A DNA stretch of 64,000 nt. Source: Adineta vaga (Eukaryota > Animalia > Rotifera). The position numbers were made by a program, and so were the translations under genes. The stretch is taken from assembly GCA_021613535.1 (NCBI GenBank), contig CP075497.1, forward strand, positions 1,116,001 to 1,180,000. Reading direction: 5' to 3'. This document shows, piece by piece, positions 23,501 through 34,923 of this stretch; within the stretch, counting starts at the first letter, position 1; every line of letters starts with the position of its first letter. Under the pieces are notes generated by a model that worked only from the letters and a program-made list of their open reading frames with translations, was not told the DNA's origin and searched no databases.

Positions 23501-25745
23501 TTTCGATATGATAATGTTCAGATGATAATGGAAGAATTTTTTGTATTAATTTTTCTTGATCAAATAGTATTGCTGTACGAAGAATTGAATGTTTATTAAC
23601 AAGAAGTCGAAGATTTTGATGAAGTCGATCAATTGATAATGAGCTAATAGATTTGAATTTATAAATCAATAATTCATTGAAAACAGAAACTTCTTCATGA
23701 AAACGAACTTGTTCGTCCATCCAAAGACGATTTTGTGCAAATGAAGCAACGCCTATAGACAAAGCAATTCAAATATTTAGTTCAGCTAAATCAATGATTT
23801 ACCTTGTGTTAAATGGAGTGGTGTCCAAATGAGTTTTGATTTTGGTTTACAATTTAATAAGAGTTGAACATGATCGGCAATTGTTGGAGTGAGAAAAAAA
23901 TCGAGAACGTTAAGTTGCATATCGGGAGCGAAATGAAATTGATAATAATTGAAAAATTGGATTAATGATAAGGATGAACCACCCAATGCGAAACAATTTG
24001 CATGACGAGAAATGGAATTCAATTGTAATACATTGCACCATAGTTTGTGTAGTTTCTCTTCTAATTCTGAGATTGGTTTATCAACAATCTGAATGTTGTT
24101 GATGAGTAAGGATGGAATTGGAAGTTGTTTTCGATCGATTTTTCCATTCGAATTCAATGGAAATTTATCAAGAATGATGATATAAGATGGAATCATATAT
24201 TGACGAAGATGTTTATGACAATGATTTCGAATTTCTTCAATATTAAGATCGGAATTATGCGAAACAATATAAGCAACTAATAAATCTTTATTTTGTAAAG
24301 ATTTTGTCACAAGACAATCGGAGATTTGATTTCGAGACCAATTCATAATTGTATCTTCAATCTCTGTTGTTTCAACTCGTTGCCCATGAATTTTAATTTG
24401 AAAATCTGCACGTCCAGAATGAACGAATTCATTCCATTCATTATATCGAGCTAAATCTCCTGTTTTTAAATAAATCTTATTATCAATAGTAACAAGAATA
24501 TCATTTGTACGTTGTCGATCATTTAAATAACAATTGAACAAAGTTGGTCCTACAAAAGAATACAAATCATTTGATAATTTGATAATCAAAATCAATTGCT
24601 ATTCACCTCCTATAAGAAGTTGACCAATTTGATTTAAATTGATCGTCTTATCAATAATATTATTTTGTTCATCAATAAGTAAACAATGAACATTGGTGAA
24701 TGGACAACCAATCGGTATAATTGTATTATAAACATCTGACAATCGACAACCAAGAACTCCATTGCATTCTGACATTCCATATTGAGAATTGATTCGAATA
24801 GTCGAGAGATTTAAATAACTAAGAAATTTTATCCATTGTTGAGGATTTATTGCTTCACCTAAAAAAAGAATTATTATACATATCGAAATATCTATTACTA
24901 TTTCAATTACCTGTTATACATAAATTACGCACAAATTTGAATGTATCAAACTGTTGACTAATCTCAAAAAAATCGATCAAAGCTCGAATAATTGCTGGAA
25001 CAATGATCATTGTTGTTACTTGTTGATTTATTAGAATTTTCGATAAATACGACATATCCAAATGTCCACCGGGTCGTAAAAGTACAACGGAACCACCTAC
25101 AACCAATGGTAATGAAATTTCTGATATTTGTAAAATCCATGTACAAGTAGAAAGTTGAAGAATTTGATCTTGGATTGTGTACATATTTGCATTCCATTGA
25201 ATATAAGCTTCGTTACTTGCTGCAAAACTTTTATGAGTATGAAGAATTGCTTTTGGTCGACCAGTTGTTCCTGATGTAGAAATAATAAATGCAGGACCAT
25301 TTTCTATACAATATGGAAGTTTATCAATATCTTCATTTTGTAATGATGGGAAAAGGATTTCTTCTAGGAAAATAACGTGTTTAACTATATCGGTTGGAAA
25401 TTGTTTGTATGTCAGTTGATGAACTAAAACATATTGACTTTGAATTTGTTCTAAGATGGAAAGAAGACGTGATGAAGAATCTGTTGGATTTAATGGACAA
25501 TATACACCATCAATGCACATAATACCTAAGAATCCACAGACCATTTCTAAACTACGTTCAACAAATTGATAAATGATTTGACCTTTAACAATGTTTAAAT
25601 TATGTAAATAATCAACGACATGTTCAACTTGTTCAATCAATTCACTGTATGTCCACGATTGAAAATCAAGGATTAGAGCGATTTTTTGAGGATGAACTTC
25701 AGCCATATGAAATAGTTGATGTAAAACATAATATGATGACAACAT
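17519..25745 (-). CDS. 8-exon NRPS A-T-C-A-T-C-T fused to a C-terminal FAD-dependent monooxygenase, about 2619 aa
   Basis: Exons 25745-24911, 24858-24607, 24549-23803, 23752-22176, 22121-21512, 21461-20481, 20430-18594 and 18539-17519. All seven introns are GT-AG, 50-57 bp and phase-consistent; the spliced CDS is 7860 nt. A domains: TSGTTGRPK/TSGSTGIPK, YGMSE/YGPSET, KTGD, NGKIDRK. T domains: LGGSSL, IGGHSL, MGGTSL. C domains: HHIAIDG, HHLVFDG. Monooxygenase: GCGIGG, GADG, LLGDAAHPM. Confidence 0.9.
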
Positions 25746-26070
25746 GAGTAACTATTTGATGAGTGACGATGTGTATGTACTATTTTTTTAAATAGAATAT
25801 TTTAAAGAAAAAAAATGATTGACTAATATATTGACATTCTGTTTGACGCAATATCAATCAATGGTAACCTTTCTTTCCGAACTATCGAGAACATAGGTTT
25901 CAAATAACATGATTTTCTTGTTCACCTGAGAAGAACATATGAATATTAGTAAACAAAAAGTACATTGCATAATTGTTTGACCTCCCATATTGATTACTCA
26001 TCAATTCTCATGCCCTTTTTCGTGTCTTCGAAAACAAATTTCACAACGAAATGAATATCAGTGCAACGTA

Positions 26071-26110
26071 TGGGGTGGGTGTGATCTATATAGATACCCA
26101 CACCCTCAAG
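26071..26110. repeat. Telomere-like hairpin element copy upstream of the NRPS
   Basis: GGGTGGGTGTG...ACCCACACCCTCAAG. Confidence 0.75.
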
Positions 26111-26774
26111 TAAGGTGTAGTTATCTCTGAAATTAATATTTCGCCGTCATCTTTCTATAATAATATTCATTCTCTGCAGTCCTGCAAATGGGAGTTGCAA
26201 TGTATTGGTGCGCGTCGTTAAAACATATTTTCGTACTGTTGGTAATTAAAAATGCTACATGAAAAAGCAGATACTTGAGAACAATGTAGTGATTCTGATC
26301 AAGAATCGGGTAGCGATATTTTTAACTACTAATTTTACTGTTCTGTACTAAGTGCAAACAAAAGTGTTCTCAAGAAATGATGGCTTATTTTTCAGATTGA
26401 TCTTTTGCTGTTTGCTGTGAAACGATATAATCCTAGTATAAATATTTTTCTCGTAAAATTTCACTTTACATGCCCAAATATGTTGATGATGTTAATATCG
26501 AAAAAAGGTCAACACTCGAGCGTTCTCGATGTGAAACATATCGAAATTTTAATTTCTATATGAAACCAATGTAACATGACATACACGAATGGTACGCTTC
26601 TTCAAATAGTTTTTTTTTTTTAGTTTTTTCTCTAGAGAAATAAATATATAAATGAATTCTTTTTAACAGAGTCTGGTATCCACTCATTTGGTTGCTGACA
26701 AGAGAAAGTTTGGTAGTAACACTAAAATTGAATTTATTGGCCAAGTGATTTTAATAAACTTGAAAGATAGAAAG

Positions 26775-29700
26775 ATGCAGTTCACACGCATCTCGGAGAA
26801 TTCCTATTGGCCTCGTAAGAGCCGTGTACGTCCAAGCGAGGTCCCATCGATTTATACAAACAACAACAAAAGTAATCCTGCTTTTTCATCGGTAAGTCTA
26901 TTTATGTGTCCAAAGAAAATTAATTAATTTAAGTTTATATCTTATTCTCTAGTCAATGAACAAACAGATGAAACTTATGCAAGATGATAGATTTGGAAAG
27001 ATCGAAGATACATGGAAGATAACTACGAGAAACTCAAGCCAGAAAAAAAAATACCGAATGTAAGTAGGTCAAAATATTGAATCGTAGCTTTTGAAGACAT
27101 GACACGGTGAAAGATTTAATCTTAGTATATTTAATTCTTTTTTTCCTGAGTGTTTTTTATTCTGCAATATAACTAATAAATATTGAACATTTGTTCTGCT
27201 TTTGATCAACTAATGAGAGCAACAATCAGTCAGTTGATTGTAATCTCATCAACTGAATATGTGTACTTTATCCTTTTTTATTATGATCTTTAATTGTAGG
27301 AGATGTTCTTATCATCAAATAGCGTGTTGCTTTTTCTTGGCTGTCATCGTTCCTCTTTTAGTGAGTGCACTCATTGGTACTATACTTGCTTTTGTCTTAC
27401 GTGAGTATTCTATCTCTTTTTTATTATTTTTATTTATCTTTATACAATAACAATATGATCATTAGCACATAAAACCACCCTATCAACGTCAACAACGACT
27501 GTTACAACAACAACAGCAACAAGTAAGTAAAATTATTGTCACGATGAAAATAATTCTGCAAGATAACTAGTTTCGAATCAAATAATAGGATGACATAGAT
27601 ATGCACAAATGCCATATAATAGAAACTTTTTTGGTTTCGGACGTTCCTGTATTTTAATTATTTACACATAATAAGTTCAAGAATCTAGTGGGCGATCAGA
27701 TTCGATTCTTTTCTGACGAGAACAAGCGCATGACCTGATTTTCAAGTGTGCTATAGCCTATAGGGCCTAGATCGGTCAACATTTACAATATATCCGTTAG
27801 AATAAACTAACATCTTAGATAGGCCACATCAGATGAGCCCGTAATTGATTGTAGATTTATCTAATAAATGTGTTTTTAATTAAAAAATACATTTTGAACT
27901 TGAGTGCACCACAATTAAATCGGTCATTCGGTTATACCAAAATACATTAAAATCTATCAGAGTTAGGGTCTGGCGGGACCGAGTTCAAGAAAAAAATAGG
28001 AATTGGACCAGTTCCGCTGGACCCTTTTCTCTTCTGAAGATTTCATAGGTGATTTTTCTTCTCGTTCGCCATCACCTATCAAAGATTTCATGTATAAATG
28101 ATTTGTCTTTATTTATCACCTATATAAACACATCTGCTGGAGTAAAAGAAGATCGACTGTGAACACATTTTACACGATCTAATTTAGATATGTCAAAATA
28201 AATAAAAATATTTACATAAAAAGTTTTTTTTTCACATAAATCAAGAAGAAAGGAGAACTTCATGTTGATAAGACCGAATATCCCTTCCAAAGGACATACA
28301 GTATCTCCATGAAAAAAAAGATAATTTTTCTCCACTATAATGCAATCATATTAAAGGTTAATAGATTCTAACTATCACTGTATTTATCAAAATCCACCAT
28401 AATCTGCCAAAATTCACCACGCTCTCGATGTTCTGCGTAATGACTTTTTATATAGCAGCCAGATGATAATAAAACAAAATGAAAAATACACACACCCTCA
28501 ATCGGAACAGGGAAAGGATGTATCATTACCAACCACGGACATGACATCCTGAGTTAACGCTTTCTTTATTAACTAGAATTTTGGGAGTTTAATCTTTGTT
28601 CATTTGTCTCGCTCCTGTCCACTTTTTTCTTCTTTGGAAGGCTTACAGAAGACGGACCTGTTTAGTCTTTTGTTACACAACTCACATAATCCTTTTCTCT
28701 TAATACTGTCTAATATACATGATTATTTTTCGAATAATAGCTTCAACATCGACCAGTAAGAAACAAATTTTGAAAAAATATATTTATAATTGCAATGTGT
28801 ACGAATACAGCTTCAACCTCGACAACAAGTGTCACTACTAGCACCACTTCGACTTCATCGACTAGTAAGTCAAAACATATTTGAAAAGCAGGCTTTTAGA
28901 GTCAATTATTCGTGTGATGACTAACCATGAAAATCGAGCGAATATGGTTCATTTGATTTTTCCACAATAAGTAACTACAAAAATATTAAGCAAAGAACGC
29001 CTCAGAATCCTTCTGAGGAATCATATAATAAAACTGATAAAAACAATAGGGGCACTATGTCATAAAATCATATGTTCACGGTAACTTAGTGTCTGAGATG
29101 CAATTAACATTTGACAAGTTCAACAATGTGATCAATATATGAAGTCTATTGAAAGAATGACGTTCCTTTCAATCCTATCAAAACTATTTTAGACGATAGA
29201 ACACAAAGGTTTGATGTAGCATTATCGAAAAATATATTTCAAATCTTAAACTGAAATCTCTTGAATTAAATTCGATTTTATTGAACATGTACTCTTACAA
29301 CAATACGTCTTCTCCGACAGGTTCAACATCAACTTCAAGCTCAACGTCATCTAGTAAGCAATATGATTTGAAAACATATGTTGACAACTAAAATATGTTC
29401 TATAATCTAGCTTCAACCTCGACAACAAGTGCCACAACCAGTACGACCTCGACAACAAGTACTTCAACTACCAGTACGACCTCAACAACAAGTACTTCAA
29501 CAACAAGTATGGATGCAAACATATTTCGAAAACATAATTGAGGATCTGAATATAGATCGAGATCGAACTTGACAGAATTCAATGATTATTGTCAAGAGTT
29601 ATCAGAGTATTTCTAAAAGCAGGGCTTTTCAGGGCTTTTTGACTTCATGTACGGATAATTAGCACAAGTACAAAAGAAAATGCTCAGATAATTAATACAA

Positions 29701-31990
29701 AAGAAGCTTACGATAGTATATAGGGGGATTTTTCAATAAACCCTAGAGCAAAACATCATACCGATAACATGAGGAAGCTTTTAGAGTCATTTTTGTTTTC
29801 ATTTTTTCAATAAAGATTTTGTTTATTCCATCTTGAGGATATGGTTGGTAGTGAGTCAGGGTAAGATCGTGGATGGATGTGAGTAAGGCTGAAAATCACA
29901 GTTAATTATCACACTCGCATTCACTCTCTCATTGATTGTTTTGTCGGCAATAAGATTATCAGAGAGTGGACTGCCAATCTTGAACTGAAAACTTTGAGAT
30001 GAAACTCAATTTTAGTATACACTTATTAGAATAATTATATATATTTCTCAATAGGTACTACATCAACCACGAGTACAACAACAAAGACAACGTCGACAAC
30101 AAGTAGTACAAGTATGAACTTCTGACAAACAAGAAGAATTGAAAGAGAATGAAAATCCTTTTGACAAAGTAGAATTTTGAAATACGAAATGTATGTATAA
30201 GTTATTGATTCTGCTATGATCATTTCTCAAACATAATAGCCCTAAGTTCATTGTAAATACTCAAACAAATGAATGAGTTAGAACCGGAAATTTTTTAAGC
30301 AGTTTCATCACTCGTATGTAAAAATTTTTAATGGCAAATGCGAAGTTATATGAAATTACATGTTTTGCGTTGGATTCCGGATTTGTTCTAATCACAGTAT
30401 TTGCTATTTTTTCTCTTCCCTCATAACTATTCTTACAGGCTCACCATTACTCTGAATAAATAGATAATAAATGTTTCATCATGAATCATTAGCTGTATAT
30501 GATGATTCTTGAAGGGTTTAATGTCATTCTTCATTATACGAAGCAATTCTAAAATAAGTAAACATGGAATCCATAGTCTGGAATTGCATCATGCATTTCA
30601 TAATAATTCACATACTATTAACAATCGTTATAATGATTGATTGAGATCTGAAGTTTTAACTTCTCGATAGAATGTGATAGTGTATGTATTACTATGAAAT
30701 AACCAGATCTCCAAATAAGATTTTTCACATAGTATGAATATTCGAATTTAAAATTAGCGATATTTCTACTCCCTAAGTGTATGTCTAGTTTTCATTTCGA
30801 GATAGTGATGTTAATAGTTCGGAATTGAGATCTTCAATTATAGATCAGCCACAGATTTGCTTAAATCATGTTTTCAAATATATTTACTACATAGTTCAAT
30901 GTGCGTTAATCTTCTCTTTCTGACCATGAAAATCTCACAAGTCTGTCACCTTCTCATTGACTAGCTATAAACATTTTCTTTGAAGTCAGTAATAGCTAAT
31001 TAATTATAATATGCATGTGTTAATTGAGCGGATATTTCATCGGTCGCATTCTATGATTAAAAGGAATAATTTCTTTTTTCGTTGTACTCAAGATTTCCAA
31101 CCGATCGGCTTTTGCCAGTTGCATCGTCCAATGAATAATCATTTATGAGCAGAACATCTTTTAGATTAAGCCTAAGTAAAAGTCACTCATCGTTTTATAA
31201 AGAAATATTTGAGAAATATTGGTAATTGATAAGAATATATTGAGAAGTTCCAATGAAAGCTAGAGCCGTGATGTTTTACTTCTCTTTCAAAATATATTAG
31301 TAAGTTGTTATAATGTCATTTGACCTAACTTCGTATCGGTTTTCTCTTAAATATATGATCTCTAGTAGTAATTTATCATTTCGTACTTTTTTAGGCTCAA
31401 CTTCAGTGACAACAGTAACAACAACAACAACGACAACAAGTAGATTACCGAACGTACGATTATTCTTTTTTGTATCGAGTGTTATTTGACTTTCAATAGC
31501 ACCATCATGTGGTAGTGTCAGCAATCCTCCAGGACAAATTTTGAGTTTGGCCTCTGGTTCTGCATCGAGCACGTATACACATTACACTTATGGTTTCACA
31601 GCAAATGATTCTTCAGCAACTCTATCATTTATAACGACGGGTGACGCCGGAGGAGGTGGCAATCACTATTGGTTATTAGACCAAATATTTGTGACCGATA
31701 TGAACACAAGTACAAATGTTCTAATTAATGGTGATTTTGAAACGGGAGATTTAAGTGGTTGGTCACAGTTTTGTAACAACGATGCCAATTGTAAATCAAC
31801 TGGTTACTATGCACATACGGTATCAAGTTCGTGTTATGCAGGAACATACTGCGTTTACGATTCATGTCAAAATTATGATTATCTATTTCAATCGTTTTCT
31901 ACTGTAGCTGGACATTACTATTCCATATCATATTATCTCAAAATCTATAATACTGGAGGAGGTGAACATATATATGTCACATTAACTTAG
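26775..31990 (+). CDS. 11-exon type II membrane protein with Ser/Thr mucin stalk and C-terminal galactose-binding-like (CBM4/9 or DUF642-like) domain, about 390 aa
   Basis: Exons 26775-26891, 26953-27059, 27300-27400 (TM CFFLAVIVPLLVSALIGTILAFVL), 27466-27522, 28741-28755, 28811-28864, 29321-29353, 29411-29506, 30055-30111, 31395-31439 and 31500-31990. GT-AG junctions are in phase. The last exon has NVLINGDFETGDLSGW and LFQSFSTVAGHYYSISY. Confidence 0.75.
27965..28025. repeat. Small inverted-repeat (MITE-like) remnant in an intron
   Basis: AGGGTCTGGCGGGA and TTCCGCTGGACCCT are imperfect inverted termini. Confidence 0.3.
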
Positions 31991-32405
31991 CTAAGATCAC
32001 TTTTATTAACAGAATAACAATGATAAATGCTACGTCATTTCTGATTCTTTTTAGTTTTATGCACATTACTTGTGTGATTGAACAGTTTTGAAAAACTAGA
32101 TCTTCTCATTTTCCATACGACATATCTGTAACAATACAATGTTACGTGCCCTATAATTTTGTTTCTCTCATATTTGTTCCGTCCATAAATAAATACTCCT
32201 ATCTTCTTCACCCATGAATAATATTTATCTCTCTTGAGGGTTGTAAGTTATTGTAAAGAACACAGACCTTCACTTCACATAATTATAAGTTTATTTACTA
32301 TGGATGATAAGAGATAATGATTGAGTACTGCAGTATAATTCTTCCCTTTTGTCAGACTTACACTACATAAAGATTTGAAAACAGAAGAAAAAATTTATGC
32401 AAACT

Positions 32406-34923
32406 TTAAACAGTTTTATGTTCATCGGTGGGTTTGTGTTTGCATTCATAATCGATATGAACAAATGCCTATAAAATGAATCAGTATAAGTATGAAAATG
32501 AATAAGAGTGAATTGCTTTCATACTCGTTCAACTTCTGATAATCGTTCGATTTTCTGTTGAAGTTCTTCCGCAATATCGTGTGCTTCTTTTACCTGCATC
32601 GTTTCAGGCAAGACAATATGAACTTCAACAAGAAACGAGGTACCAAAGTGAAATGCACGAACAGTTTCTATCTTTTCGATGAGTGGCGAATGATGATAGG
32701 TTAACCACTACAGAGCGAAATGAAGAAACAAAATTCGTTAAAGAAAGTAAGAAAAATGATATTTACTGTAATCTGTGATAAGAATTGAGGTTTGGCTGTA
32801 TAGCCAGTTAAGTGTTTGATTTGACCTAGGAAGAAAAAGTCAGATAGAAGAATAAGAAGAAACTGATGATTTACGATTAGCTTGTCGAATCCATGCGATA
32901 ATGATATAGATGGAAATAAGCACTGCACCAACTGGATCAATGACAATGGCTCGTTGATTGATCTTATTTCGATAGGCATAGGTACCTGCAAATGAAAATA
33001 AAATGTATTAAGTGAAAGATGTTTTCGATTGTTGATGCTGATAAGTGAAACAAATTAGAGATACATGATCTCAACCGTAAACTTAGTCAATGGATGAAGG
33101 TAAGAAATTCGTTGTAGTTTTTCTTGTTCCTTATATATTTAAATAAATTGAGATAAAATCACTTTTTACACGCATATAAATCCATGAGAAGTTATTTGAT
33201 TATTGTCTGTAATTTGTATGAGGGAACTATTGATCTCTACTATACTTCAGTGGATGGATTGTAGTCGAGCATCTTTTTGGTTCTCCATTTAGACATATAT
33301 GAATTAGTTTACATGGTTACCATGAAATCGAAGTTCTCAAATATGAAATTCCTTAGGTTTTAATACTCACTGATAAGACCACAACCGAGTGCGATTATGT
33401 TCGAGGCCACGTCATTGCGATGATCTTCAGCCAATGCAGACATCGTCGGATTCTTCACACGGTAACATAGAAAGAATAGTATGGCTTTGCTGATCGCTGT
33501 CGCGCACATCACTCCCATTGGAAATGGACTCATGTTGATTTCAGATAGAGTTTTGGTTGTATTGGTTTCGGTAAAATAACCAACATCATTAATGATTGTA
33601 TTGACTGAATTATAAACGACTATTACTGATGCGGCACACATAATTACCGACAAAATAATGATAGTAACAGGTTCTAGACGTGTACGACCTATCAAGGTAA
33701 AAAAGAAGTCATCAAAATCCGAAACTTCGACTACTACCGAGATGAATAGTGAACATTTAGATGGCGGCATAACCAGGTATTGGTCACTCTACATGATAAA
33801 GGCTTTAATCTTGTTTCAATCCAACAAAGGTTAACACTACAACATTAGACGCAGTTTTTTGCAGACAATTGTGTCAAATTAAAAACGGGTGAGTATTGCT
33901 CTGGTACAGAAAAATATATACGAAATCATCTGCAAGAGGAAAAATAAGATAAAATTCTGTAACGACCACTTTTTTAAAGTCTTCTCTACTAGAGAACATA
34001 TTCGAATCCTGACGTAAGATATTCTACGTGCTGTTTTTCATATCTCATATGAAGGCAGACCTTTGGTGAAGAAAAACGTTTGATGCTCTATTTCTTATCT
34101 CAAATATGTTGTTACATGAATTGATCAATGACATTTTGAATACTTAAGTCTTCGACTTTCAAAAGAAGTTCACATTACATAACGGAAAAATTCGTTTGTA
34201 ATAATAGAATTCTCTGACTCATCTATGGAAATATACCTTGTGGATATCGATAATCGTCTCGTTTCTTCATAGCTCGAGATGCCCACAGTAGAAGAACAGA
34301 TGATGTCAAATCAACAGCTGAGTCGACTACAGTTGAAACAACCGAGAGTGATTTGGACAATATCGCAGCAACGATTTTGATGAGAAACAATATCTAAAAA
34401 ATGCAATATCATATCGTTGAATTAATTAATTAAACTGCTTACAATATTGACGGCGAACGAGGCTCGTGACAAAATATCTGTCATTTTCTTTGTTTTTGTA
34501 TTAAAATTGTTATTCTTTTCTTGTTCTTTTTCATCATTGTTTGCTCTTCTATCGGTACGTTCATAGTTATCGATGAGTGCATCTTGTTTCTGGTAATACA
34601 TTTTCACACGTTTTGATAAGCCTGATTCTTGTTGACGAGTATCTTGTTGCTGACGAAGAATATTTTTGAGAAAATCGGGCTGTATATCTATACAATGAAA
34701 TAGAAAAGGTAATGAGAATATAAGAAACTATTCGATGATCTTTATGCTTACCGTCGCTGTTCGCTACTATTTCACCTTCCGGTGCTATCTGTTCCATACG
34801 AATGAGTGTTACTGGCGATATTTCTGATGTTTGATTGTCAGTTTTTTCTTGTATATTACTTTGAAAGATTGATTCATTGTTCTTTGATTCCGTAAACGGT
34901 ATTGTCTCAGTTGTATGTTTCAT
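32406..34923 (-). CDS. Cation diffusion facilitator, Mn-CDF/metal tolerance protein-like, multi-exon
   Basis: Pieces YYQKQDALIDNY, ILSKSLSVVSTVVDSAVDLTSS..YPQG|RTRLEP, AEDHRNDV, IDPVGAVLIS, VRAFHFG..FLVEVHIVLPE and AFVHIDYE..HKTV* (stop 32406-32408). Start probably MKHTTET at 34923. Confidence 0.85.

Noticed and set aside
17519-25745. NRPS ORFs as separate genes, a frameshifted pseudogene or bacterial contamination
   Set aside because: Every break coincides with a 50-57 bp GT-AG intron that restores the frame and conserved motifs.
29400-31572. Val-rich minus-strand ORFs (29400-29582, 30035-30223, 31297-31572)
   Set aside because: They are antisense shadows of the Thr/Ser micro-exons.
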